Shown in pieces: positions 53,259 through 64,000 of a DNA stretch of 64,000 nt. The notes beneath the pieces are model-generated. The model saw only the letters and a list, made by a program, of their open reading frames with translations, made no database searches and was not told where the DNA came from. The stretch lies in assembly GCA_050084515.1 (NCBI GenBank), contig CM114271.1, positions 33,976,001 to 34,040,000 of the forward strand, written 5' to 3'. The position numbers were made by a program, and so were the translations under genes. Positions within the stretch are counted from its first letter, which is position 1; every line of letters begins with the position of its first letter. The DNA is from Blasia pusilla. Its lineage: Eukaryota.

Positions 53259-54174
53259 GGTATTCGAGTGTAAGATCTCTTTGGAGGGATTAGCACCGGG
53301 TTAGTTGTTGTTTTGCAGGTAGGAGTGCGAGTACAACAGTCTCTGTATGTGGAGAGTGATGATGTTACAAGGCGCGTCTCACTACGACATGTGGCGCAAT
53401 TACGCCTACGTTTTCCCGACTTATTGTCTGCGTCCGCAGTATAGGGGTACTAGAGTTCCCTACCGAGGGATATTTTGTTGTTGGGGGCGCAGGACTTAGA
53501 GCCGGTAGGAACCATTGATTTGGTCATTGCCGGTTGGCCATGTCAGGGCCAATCGAGTGCTGGACGAGCAGCGGGTTGGCTGACACTCGGTCTAGGTTGT
53601 TTTGGGAGATGTTGAGGGTCTTACGGCGATGTGGGACCACCCGTCTCGTTCTCCGGCCTACATTCTCGGAGAATGTGCCGATCTTAGAGACTCAGTCACG
53701 GGTCGTGACGAGTGCTCATCAGGTGCGTGCCTGGATCGGCCCAGCAGTGTTCTTGGATGCGGCGAGTGTAGGTTCTAGAGCCCATTGCCCGCGTCTATGG
53801 TGGACCAACTTGGTGCCCCATGCGGTGTTATGGAGGGCGTATGCGAGAGTGGAGCGCCCCTCCCCTTTGTTAGTGGATTCCATTCTAGATCCAGGTCGTC
53901 GATCACATGCAGTGAGGCACGATGATCGACCACCGCTGACTGTGGTCAACATGGTAGGCAGGCCGCAGGCAGCCTTGCCCATGTTTGTGAGTTTTCCCGC
54001 TTCCTATGCATACAAGGAGACCAATCCTGGCTTGGTTTGGGATGACCACGTTCAGCGGTTGGTGGAGCCCAATGCCGACGAGAGAGAGCGAGCGATGGGA
54101 TTTCCCACAGGAGTGACGGCAGTACCATCGTGTCGAGAGGCATCACGACGCCATGTCTTGGGTCAGTGATGGAC
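53259..54174 (+). pseudogene. DNMT3-like cytosine-5 DNA methyltransferase domain inside pol
   Basis: Motif I DLFGGISTG (53274), II YVE, IV IDLVIAGWPCQG (Cys codon 53541), GLADTRSRLFWE, VI ENV (53669), VIII LDAA...AHCPRLWWTNL, IX ERERAMGFPTG, X RRHVLGQ. Confidence 0.92.
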
Positions 54175-57100
54175 TGAATCGCTTGACATGGATCCTCGGC
54201 TTGGGAGAGGTGGCGGCGTCGTATGAGATCGCGACAGATCACAGCGGTTGCGTTGGTGAGCCCCATGCCTACCGAGACGGTGGAGGCAGTAGCTGGGGGC
54301 GAGACCCGAGGAGATCTACGCACCTGGGGAGATCGGGAGAGACACCCTTGGACTTCTTGGGATGTTTTGAAGGTACGCAAGGAGATGATAGCCACAAAGA
54401 TCGGCGTGGTTTCGGAACGCACGTGGAGGAGATCACGATTTGCGATTGGCAGGAGAGCGGCCGAGTGTTGTCGTTCGAGACGGGTTGCACCATAGCAACC
54501 ACCGATACCCGTGTCAGAGAGTCCTACCGTAGTCACGATGGAGACTTGGGAGCCAGATATGGGCCCTAAGTTGACAGGAGGAGAGCGGCGCCTAATACAT
54601 CATTTCCTCATGAGTTATAGGAGCTGCTTTGCGTTTAGTATGGAGGATTTGGGTACGCTAAAGGGACCGGGATCCGCATTGAGTTGTCGAGTGATATGCC
54701 GATCTTCCGCGACCCTCACAGTCTGATGATATGGAGAGGGCTCTAATTCAGAGTAGGAGCCAGGACTTGGTCGGAGCAGGACTAGTGGAGATGTCGCATG
54801 GGGAGTATGCATCTGCCACTGTCATGCCCGCCAATAAGGATGTGCATGGCAAGCCGGGCGAGATAGGCGGATGTGTGGGGATTACCGACCTATCAATCGG
54901 CGAGACAAAGTCCGATAGGTATGCCATGCCCACCCCGAGAGATCTTTGATGCGATTGGTCACGCAAAGCTCTTGATTCATTGATTTATGAGCCGGATACC
55001 GTACCCTATCGATTGGAGGATAGGCAGAAGACGGCATTTTGGGGCATCGATTCTCACGGAAAGGATTGTTTGTACCAGTGGCGGTTCTTACCATTTGGGT
55101 TAAAGAACGCCTCGGCTAAGTTTCAGAGGGTCATGGATAAGATCTTGGCTGGTATGGATTTTGCTAGGTGTTATATTGATGACATCGTAGTCTTTAGCGC
55201 CACGGTTGAGGAGCATGAGAAACATCTAGAGGAGGTGTTTCGACGATTGCAATTACATGGGCTGAAGCAACATCCAGGCAAGTGCAAGTTCTTCTACGAC
55301 CAGATTGAGTACTTGGGTCATATGATATACCCAAGGGGCCTTGGTGTTCAACAGACGAAGGTAGAGGCTATCTCACGCATTCCACGCCCTACAGATGTGA
55401 GCCATGTTCGCGCATTCATGGGATTGGCGAACTTCTATCGGCGATACGTCAAGGGATTCAGTTTGATTGCAAAGCCGTTGACCTTGCTGACCAAGGTGGA
55501 TCACGAGTGGCACTGGGGGGATGAGTAGGAGCGAGCATTTCAGTTGCGGTTGACGTCCGCACCCATCTTGAGGAGACCGATCAAGGGGCGTCCTTTCCAG
55601 TTGCACACAGATTGGAACATGTTGGGGCTTGGAGCGGTGCTCACCTAGCATGATGATGAGGGTAGAGAGTTCGTGGTGGCTTACGCTAGCCGCTCGAACA
55701 ACGCTGCAGAGGCGAAGTACAGCTCGTATGAGGGTGAGTGCTTGGCTACGGTGTGGGCTGTCGCGCATTTCAGGTATTACTTATTCGGCAACCCCTTTAC
55801 CATCATCACTGATCATCAACCACTGAAGTGGTTGATGGAGTCCGACAAGCTTACATGGAAGCTTACAAGATGGGCTCTGTTGTTGCAGGAGTATGATATT
55901 TAGGTGGTACATAGACCTAGGATGCTCAACCAGGATGCAGATGGGTTGAGTCGTAACCCATGCCCGAGTCAGCGAGATGCGACTGGAGCTCGATGGCATG
56001 AAGAGAGTGATGACGAGTCGGTGCCAGGATGGCACGTTGGCTATGGAGAGCCAGAGTGTGGAGACTTCGATGGCGAGGTCTAGTGGAGAGTCCTTGGATC
56101 CCGAGGCCAATTAGGACACGACAAGTGGCCGAGATATTCATGATGATGGAGTAGTCTTAGAGTACCTTCGTACTGGCAGCCTTGCGAGCACCATGGATGC
56201 TAGAGAGCGGGATCGGATCCTACAGCGGGCCAGACGGTTCTATTGGGAGGGGACACATATTTTGAGGGTTTGGGAGGATGGCAGAGTACGCGTAGTGCCG
56301 CATCCTTCGCAGAGAGCACGACTAGTACAGCATGCCCACGAGGAGTTGGGTCACCTTGGGGTGAAGCAGATGTATAGCTTGCTCCAGATTCAGTATTGGT
56401 GGCGAGGCATGCAGACTAACGTTCAGCAGTTTGTTGCCAGGTGCATGGTGTGTGATCGGGTCCGAGCATCGTTCAATGCTCCAACTCCACAGTTGCATCC
56501 ATTACCGATCATGGGCTGGGTATAGATGGAGTTTGGATTTTGCAGGACCTTTGCCCTTGACGGAGCGTCACAGTCGTTATGTGTTGGTGATGGTCGAGCA
56601 CTTCTTGAAGTGGATCGAGTTGGTTGCATTGCCTGACAAAGCGAGTGAGGGAGTAGCTTATGCCTTCCTTGACAGAGTGTTGAGTCATTATGGCGCATCG
56701 GCTTAGGTGTTGACAGACCAAGGTACCGAGTTTTGCGGTGAGCTCCAGGCCTTGTGTGATCAGGCGCTGATCGACCACCGCACGACTTCGCGAGATCATC
56801 CTGAGGCGGATGGATTAGCGGAGAGAGTTGTGCAGACGGTGAAGAGGGGTTTACGCAAGTATGGCTTGCAGAGAGGTCACCTAGGAGATTGGGACCTCCA
56901 ATTGCCATGGTTGGCGATGGGATACAGATTCAGCAGGCAGGCATCCTTAGCGTCTTTTTCACCGTACTTGCTACTTTATGGCCAAGAGCCAGATTTACCT
57001 GCGGCCATTCGTCGAGATGCTGGTGAGGTGCTGAACCTTGATGACCCAGATGTTTGGGTGCGAGCATGTTCTTAGAGGGCTGAGTTATTTCGGAGAGTGA

Positions 57101-57432
57101 TGCCCATGGCGTTCGAGAACTTGACGATTGCACAGCATCGGGATATGTTGAGGTATGCGACTATTCGAGGTGGTGGTTATCGACCAACTATCCAGAGGTT
57201 TTATCAAGGAGATTATGTCTACTTGCAGCAGATGGCACCGACGACGTTGGATGTGACTGCAAGGCGCACTATCCTGAGAGTGCGTGACATTTTGCCATCG
57301 GGTGTTCTCTTGCTGGAGGGACGCGATGGTATGGTATGGAAGGACCATGTGCGTAATTGTGCGCCATATCACCTTCCTAACATTGATGGTACAGTAGATC
57401 CGAGCTTAGCAGTAGTTCCTGCAGGCTTGCGT

Positions 57433-57570
57433 TGTATGTTGTGTGGTTCTACCCGTGGTGCGGCCACGATGCTAGTATGTGATGGGTGTTCGAGAGGATG
57501 GCATATGGCATGTTTGACGCCACCTCTCACTAGGGTTCCTCAGGGACGATGGATGTGTCCCAGATGTACA
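57433..57570 (+). other. PHD finger at the integrase C-terminus
   Basis: CMLC...MLVCDGCSRGWHMACLTPPLTRVPQGRWMCPRC is a complete C4HC3 pattern. Confidence 0.95.
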
Positions 57571-57750
57571 TAGAGAAGGTAGTTCTACATTCCGACTTGT
57601 GTCTGTGACATGGATGACAAGGAGGCGGCTAACGATGGGGCCACATGAGCACCCGGCCTTCTTGCTCTTAGCGTCAGAGAGATGTATGTCATGGTAGGTA
57701 GGGATAGATGGCTATCGGAGTTAGAGGACCTAACCACCAGCTAGGGGGCG

Positions 57751-57863
57751 ATTGGAGATATTTTGGTACTTCTTGTCTCGTTGTTTGGATGCCATGAGTT
57801 AGCATGGGATCATGCGTGTTTGTGTGTGTGATGTATGTTGTGTAGCGATGTGTATGCGCACGA
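57751..57863 (+). repeat. Internal copy of terminal block B (B1)
   Basis: ATTGGAGATATTTTGG...TGTATGCGCACGA, repeated at 58378-58503. Preceded by AGGGGGCG. Confidence 0.88.
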
Positions 57864-57865
57864 GT

Positions 57866-58505
57866 TGTCACGTCTTTTATCATAGATTGGTGGGATCTAA
57901 TAGAGCGCCTTCATGAGTAGAGGAGGACACGCCCAGTAGGTCGAGGGTGACTTGTTGAGGCCCTTGGAAACTTGAGATAGCAGGTTTCCCCTTCGTTTCG
58001 ACTCATTTGGAGCCATATTGAGGAACTTACTATTTTAGGTATACCATTTGAGTATATGATCGACTTACTATTTTTTGGTAAATGGCCCTTGACCTCCTAC
58101 ATCAGGTCAAGAGCCAAGGAGGTGACTTGGGAGAATAGGTTACCATGGAGAGAGCTTCGGAGAGGGGAGGGGTATACCTCAAGGAGAGAGAGCTTGAGAG
58201 CTCATTCTCTCTTTGTTGAACCTCTTGGCATGAGGCGGCGGAGCTATGGTACCTTGCCTTGTGAGTCTAACCCAAGCCTCTCATTAGGAGAGTGGGTTTG
58301 GTTTTACATGAGAGAGAGTGCACACCTTTGAGAGTTATGGTGTGAGATGGTGGAGAGAGAGATTGGATCTTACTTTAATTGGAGATATTTTGGTACTTCT
58401 TGTCTCGTTGTTTGGATGCCATGAGTTAGCATGGGATCATGCGTGTTTGTGTGTGTGTTCGGTGACAGCGATGTATGTTGTGTAGCGATGTGTATGCGCA
58501 CGACA
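57866..58505 (+). repeat. 3' terminal repeat, blocks A2 + B2 (M segment absent)
   Basis: TGTCACG...CACGACA. A2 is 57866-58376 and B2 is 58378-58505. Confidence 0.9.
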
Positions 58506-60799
58506 GAGTCTTTCCCAAGGTCTCAAAGTACACTTGAGAGAATCTGCCAACAACATGGACAAAATTACATAATTTAGTGTCTTTGCGACTATCTTGGGAT
58601 CACAATGCGGCGAAGGTCTAATTTCTCTTTTCAGTGCTTGTTGTGTAGTATGCTTGAGTAAATCTACAATGTCTTGTTGCCGTTTGCATTGTGCTTTCAA
58701 TGCAATTAGTTAATGCCTTTTGGTTGAAGATATTGTTTGTCCCTCCTGATTGTGATGCTTATCATATTGTTGCTCGGGAAGCAAGTGAGAGCCTTGATTT
58801 TCACCATCTATTCTCGATCTCTTACATCATGGACCATCTAAATTTGGCTAAAGGTCTTACTCCCTAGAATGTATGGGTAGTTTGCACGACGACTCCACAT
58901 CATTTTTTATCGAGAGAGATTTGAATCTAGGAAGAACTCTTAATCGATTGTAAGTAAACTTATCAAGGGAATTCGGATCTCCCTCCATTATCCCTAGAAC
59001 TTGTAAAATACTGAACACACTCTGTGATTTACATGTTTCTCTTTTCTATGAGGGAAGGAGTGGATGGAGTTGGAGGTGGAGATGTACGAGGGGTGACAAG
59101 AGCACAAATCTACGGAGCAAGAGAAGGATATCGTGCCAAATCGATAATTTCAATAACTTTGCATTCTACTATATCAAGGATTATCCAAGGTTCCATTCTA
59201 GAAGAGGAAAGGTGCTATAGACCTCGAGCCAAATCCCAAAGTAGGTGATAAAATGAGGTTTTGATTTTAGACTTATTAATAAAATATGAAAGGGACATGC
59301 ATGAGGGGTTCTTGTGCAAATATCCCACTCTCCCGCCCTCCCAAAATTCTCACTTGTGTAATATCCCGCTCTCAAGATGAATCAAATCCAATAATCTTGA
59401 TGGGATTCAAATCACGACGCTAACAAATGGTAGCTTCTCTAACTATTGGGATTGCACTACAATGTGTGCTTGATGCAATACGTAGACCACCCTCAATTTG
59501 AAGGTAAGCAGGAACACCTCATCTCATTCTTTTTTTTAATTTAGATAAAATTGAAGCGCACAATTACTACGGGCAGATTAGATTTATCGTTGGTTCGGAA
59601 ATCAAAGAGATAGCTCCCAACACAAGGATCTACAAAGCTGCGTGGAGGCTTCGTGGGAGAAGGAGCATGAATTCAGAAGATTATTTCAGAATATTGACCA
59701 TTTAGAGGAAATTATTATAGGAAGATCGGATCGATGAAAGAAGGAGATTGAAGCGAGTATAATTGTTACATGCTTTGAATGCAACTTGGGGGGATGGATA
59801 TAGATAGGACAACACCTCATCATAATATAAAAAATGTGGAGAATTGAGATCATAATGGTGGAACTCGTGAGGGTCGTAATTGATGGATTCCTTCGACACC
59901 ATGGATTACACTCGGGTATCAATCACCTTCCTCAAGTTTGGAGACTACTAGTTGAAAACCATCTTTCATGTTTGGTTCATACGCTGAAGGAGGTTTCAGC
60001 TTGAGATGGCATTCTATATATTATGTCATCTCTTGACCTCTTACTAATTATTAACTGAGTTAGATGGATTGCATGTCTATTTTTTATAAGCTTGTTGTGC
60101 CTTCCCTCACTTTTTAATTATCAAACATCTGTTGATCAGGTAGGATGCTTTAGCAAGAAATTGCTTGTTTTAAAAACTTTCTTCAAGGATTGATGAAGAA
60201 ACTATATCATGTTACCTTTACTCTCATGTTGGTAGATGAAGGTGTCATAGTGTTGAGTATTTTACCTAGAACAAGATTACAAGAAGCGCGCAAGATGCTC
60301 CCTATTTATCAAGAGACCATCAACCTTCCGAAGAGATCTCTGCCAGTCTTGAGTGTTGTGATTCAAACTAAGCCAAGTGAGATTGTCACAAGAAAAGTGG
60401 AAGCTTTGGTTGAAGATTGGAAAGTCCCTTTAGTGTTGCTTTGTGGAAATTATTTTTAGGGAGTTCGGATCGATGAAAGAAGGAAATTTAAGTGAGTACA
60501 ACATACTTTGAGTGAACCTGACAAACCATGAAACAAAATTGTTATGCTGCATGGTTATCCGCGACCAAGGGTGATGGGAGAGAGTAAGAATTCACAGGTA
60601 TGTTGAGGCGCTGCCAAACATTGAGGAATAAAATGAATCACTTTGATGAGTTTTTTGGAAAAGATGTAATGAGCATGATCAATGTATCGTTGGGTAATCC
60701 TGAAAATTCATCAACGTTGATTCCATTCATCATTTTTCCTTAACTGATATTCCTCATCTGCTGTAATAGCATCAATGCGCTATTTTGGAATCTTGAAAG

Positions 60800-61560
60800 T
60801 CATAGAGGCGATTAGGATTGTCCGTTCTAATAGCCTCAATGTGCACAAGGACCGTGATCAGGATTTTGATTGCATAAATCTCCAACTAGACTTCTCCAAT
60901 CTTAGCGAGCCACAAATTATGGAAGGTTGACATCCTAACACCAAGGCATCTATACATTAATAGTTTTTATAGGATGTCTAGTCCCTTGGGCCATTCTTGG
61001 GTACTTGGGCCCCAAACTTCCGAAGCATTTGAAGTGGCTCAAATGACTATCCACTTGAAGAGGTGGAGTTTTTGTTGTGTGTACCACATGTCTTCTCTTG
61101 CAGTTGGATTTCAGTAGGTGAAAAAGTTTCATCTCCACGTTAGCCAATTTTTATTTGCTTTGAGCTTAACCACGAAGTATATTTACTTGTCAACAATCTC
61201 AATACCTTCTTTGTTCTCACCTTGTCTATAAGTTAATGTGTGCAAATGTTGTGTTGTTGGTAGTATAGATCTAAAGATAACTACTTTGGTCTTTTGTAAA
61301 TTGACCTCTACCCCTAATCTACTGCATAATCCCCAAAGTGCATTCAGATATGGTTATAGACTGATTTTTGGGACATCAAAATGATGTCCGCAATTTTTTT
61401 GGGGAATATTCTGAAATTGGTCGATTCAAGCAGGTCTCTATTTACCTCCTCAAGTTCATTTATGTAAACTCCTAATATTGTAGGAGGCAATAGGCGGCCT
61501 TGTTTGACTCCAATGTTAGACAACAATGTCTTTGATTGTGGTACTGAATCAACCAATTTT
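60800..61560 (-). mobile_element. Decayed non-LTR (LINE) reverse transcriptase fragment
   Basis: NIGVKQGRLLPPTILGVYINEL...IADII resembles the GVKQGxPLSP...YADD motifs. Heavily disrupted. Confidence 0.7.
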
Positions 61561-61683
61561 TGCTAAAGGGAAGGTTCTTGATCAATACGAAGGGTTGGGT
61601 ATTGATTGAAGTATCAAGAAAGACGATCAAAGTGATTTAGAGCTCATTTTCATGCCTTTGTATTTCCGCCATCAAATCCTATA

Positions 61684-62553
61684 TTGGTGGAAGGGGATGA
61701 GATATTATGTGATATTTCCTCACAGTATTATTGTCAACAGTATGAGGTGGTATCTGTAGATGGAGTGTTGGTGCCCCTAATTGTAGTACATTCAACTAAA
61801 GTGCAATTGGATGGAGAGAACCCTGCCATATGCATGCTAATAGGCTATGGTGCCTACGGCAAGCCAATGGAACTAGAGTGGTGTAGTGAATATCTTAGTC
61901 TGTTGGACCGGCAGTGGGTCGCAGCATTTGCATATGTAAGGTACTCTTTTTCTTGCCCTACCTTCTTCACTGGGGTTGTTTTTGTTAAGTTGCAAGAGGC
62001 ACTACGCAAACAAAATTCTCTGACTTCATTCACGTTTCAATTTGCCTTATAGAAATATGTAGGAGAAATAGCCGTGGGACCCCGACATTGTGGCATCGGA
62101 AGACTAATATGAAATTTTTTTCTCCATGTAGGGGAAGTGGAGAATTGGGGAGATTATGGCATCAAGCAAGGAAACTTTTGCAAAGAAGAACTCTCGTAGT
62201 GATTTTATTGCATCTGCCAACTTTCTCGTTGAGAAGAACTATGCTCATCGGAGAAAACTTTGTGCTATGGGTATAAGTGTTGGCGGTCTACTAGTAGCCA
62301 ATCCCATGAATCAACACCCGGATCTATCCCAGGCAATTATTCTTTAGGTTTGCATGAATGTTGGAGTGGCGGGACTAACCACACTACTACATCTAATTGA
62401 TGAAGGATGATGTTGTGGTAGTGAATGACCCAATTGTCGCTATACAAGTGTAGAATGAATAATGATTTCTTATGCCCAGATAAGTTATTGAATTTCCTAT
62501 GGGTTATGTTACAGGTTCCCTTCTTGGACATCAACAACACTCTCTCAATTTAA
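61684..62553 (+). pseudogene. Prolyl oligopeptidase family S9A (protease II-like) C-terminal fragment
   Basis: SVDGVLVPL...GYGAYG...SLLDR...AYVRGSGELGRLWH...KKNSRSDF...GISVGGLL...VPFLDI. Two GT-AG introns, a frameshift near 62175 and premature stops. Confidence 0.85.
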
Positions 62554-64000
62554 GTGGTCTTTTCAACCTGCTTACAATCATTACTTCATAGTTGGATACA
62601 TTCTATAATAAATACAATTTTCTTTGGGATAACTATTTACAAAAATGGAGTGGGTGGTCTTCTATCAACACGGCCCCCCAATGAAGAACGTGATTTTTTT
62701 AGTAATTTTTGTACACCGTTCCCAGCTACACAAGTGGACATGCTCTGCAATTATAAAATTGCACTCAAGTTAAGGGCAGAAAAGTGTGTCTCCGTCCAAA
62801 CTATAAACTACCAACATTTTCACCGAAGTTTTTTTATATCACTTAATCTTGGCCTCATACAAATTTAACTTTTGTAAAGTTTCTACTTATATCATATTCC
62901 AGGCTTAAAAAGAGGATAGAACCTATGAAGGAAAGGTCAAGCCTTGTCCCTTGTCACATCTTAAGTTCTAAGCAAGTTGTAAGTTGTGGTGTTCGTGGTT
63001 TCTAAACAAGACTTCTATGTGTGATATTGTCATCCACTTTTGGTCATAATGTAAATTAATGGCACTCGAGGTAATCGCCAACAAAAAATAGTTGCTTTGG
63101 TGTGGTGTGGCTCATAGTGTTGAAAAGGTTATACTATTTGAAGATGGCGGAGTATGAGCACGAGTTACAAGCAGAAGTTGTGCAAGATGCTAAAAGCCTC
63201 GTGAATTCGTCTAAGAACATGCAATGCCCAACTTTTAAAACTGCACAAATTTTGCAACCTTGAAACTCATATTGGTGATCATATGAAAGCATGGCAATGA
63301 GAGGGAGAAACTCTGATAACGTGAAAACTAATGCCAGTATGAACTTACATAGGTATTTATAGTCTTATCCCTGGTTGCACTCTTACGTGCAGTGTTCGAA
63401 TGAATTGTTGTCCAAATGAGTGATTTTTTTAAACAAATTTTGTATTTTTAAAATAAATAATTTTGGTGGATTAGTGATTTTTTTCACTCCAATAAGCTCT
63501 TGATCATCATCGACATCTAAGTTTATCATTCTTATGTCTTGTACTTCAAGATTTTTCTATTCAATTGTTACAAACTAACATAAAAAAGAGCATTGCCCAA
63601 CTCGATGTGGTTGTAGTGCTCGGAGATATCTTAAGTGAGGAGGCAAGTAAGTACGGTGATTTCCAAAAATCAGCTCTCGTGCAAGGCATGCAAGATTTTC
63701 TCAACAAGTCAAGGATAGGAAAAGATATTTTTTATCGAGATTCCAGTGTACATGACATGTAATTAGCAAACTTGTTTTTTGTCATATTGTGCCCTTCAGA
63801 TGTACCCCCTACAGATTTCTCTAAAGTCAACAAAGGCTCAAGAATTCTCTAGACCAATCGTGTATTACAATGGAGATAAGTTGTTAAATCCTCAGTCATG
63901 TATCAAAAGCTTAGTAAGCATGTGGGCACTATTGAAGACTGAGTTGCAGTCAAGCTCATCAGACATCCAAAAAACTACATTCGGTACTCACACGAAGTAG

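Larger units (their letters stand above)
50686..57573 (+). pseudogene. gag-pol polyprotein with stops and frameshifts
   Basis: FQRRPGESLREAYTRLRRL (Gag). CWSCGGAHHQRDC and CDYCQRYGHTHARC knuckles. Frameshifted DS(G)AQP...YDILVGG protease. LPFGLKNA...YIDDIVVFS (RT). FQLHTDW...YEGECLA...TDHQPL (RNase H). HEELGH...CMVC, SLDFAGP, LTDQGTEF, ADGLAER (integrase). Confidence 0.93.
48222..58505 (+). mobile_element. Ty3/Gypsy retrotransposon with an embedded C5 DNA methyltransferase and a PHD-finger integrase
   Basis: TGTCG...CGACA termini. 4-bp TSD GAGT (48218-48221, 58506-58509). Domain order gag-PR-MTase-RT-RH-IN-PHD. Confidence 0.9.

Noticed and set aside
48222-58505. DIRS/Ngaro tyrosine-recombinase element, suggested by the split repeats and the methyltransferase
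   Set aside because: It has a protease, an HHCC/DDE integrase, TG...CA ends and a TSD. I found no tyrosine recombinase motifs, and the MTase is C5-type rather than Dam-like.
59580-60600. Exon-like fragments with a short duplication (CGGATCGATGAAAGAAGGA at ~59727 and ~60466)
   Set aside because: Too degraded to identify.
63050-64000. Possible gene exons at the window end
   Set aside because: Short ORFs with stops and no recognisable family.

Overview
Eukaryotic, intron-containing plant genomic DNA. A moss/bryophyte is likely, inferred from the HEMC gene and the transposon types. The window is dominated by nested, mostly decayed transposons around one clearly intact host gene (HEMC, 41318-43623, minus) and one unidentified multi-exon gene. 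(1) A chromodomain-bearing Ty3/Gypsy element (1564-22722) has its 3' LTR split by a ~13.8-kb Mutator-like (MULE) DNA transposon (8472-22309). (2) The MULE carries two divergent genes: a GCM-like/DDE/SWIM transposase, and a gene fusing a ParB/Srx-like domain to a beta-class amino (N6A/N4C) DNA methyltransferase domain. It also carries dozens of phased 27-bp palindromes confined to its introns, promoter and UTRs. (3) A second Ty3/Gypsy element (48222-58505) has a DNMT3-like C5 cytosine methyltransferase between protease and RT, a PHD finger on the integrase, a 4-bp TSD and an unusual A...B-A-B terminal repeat layout. Also present are solo LTRs, a Helitron with a captured ARM-repeat gene fragment, a second Helitron 3' end, CRE-type and other LINE fragments, and an oligopeptidase pseudogene. 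All domain calls come from reading motifs by eye; no database search was run.
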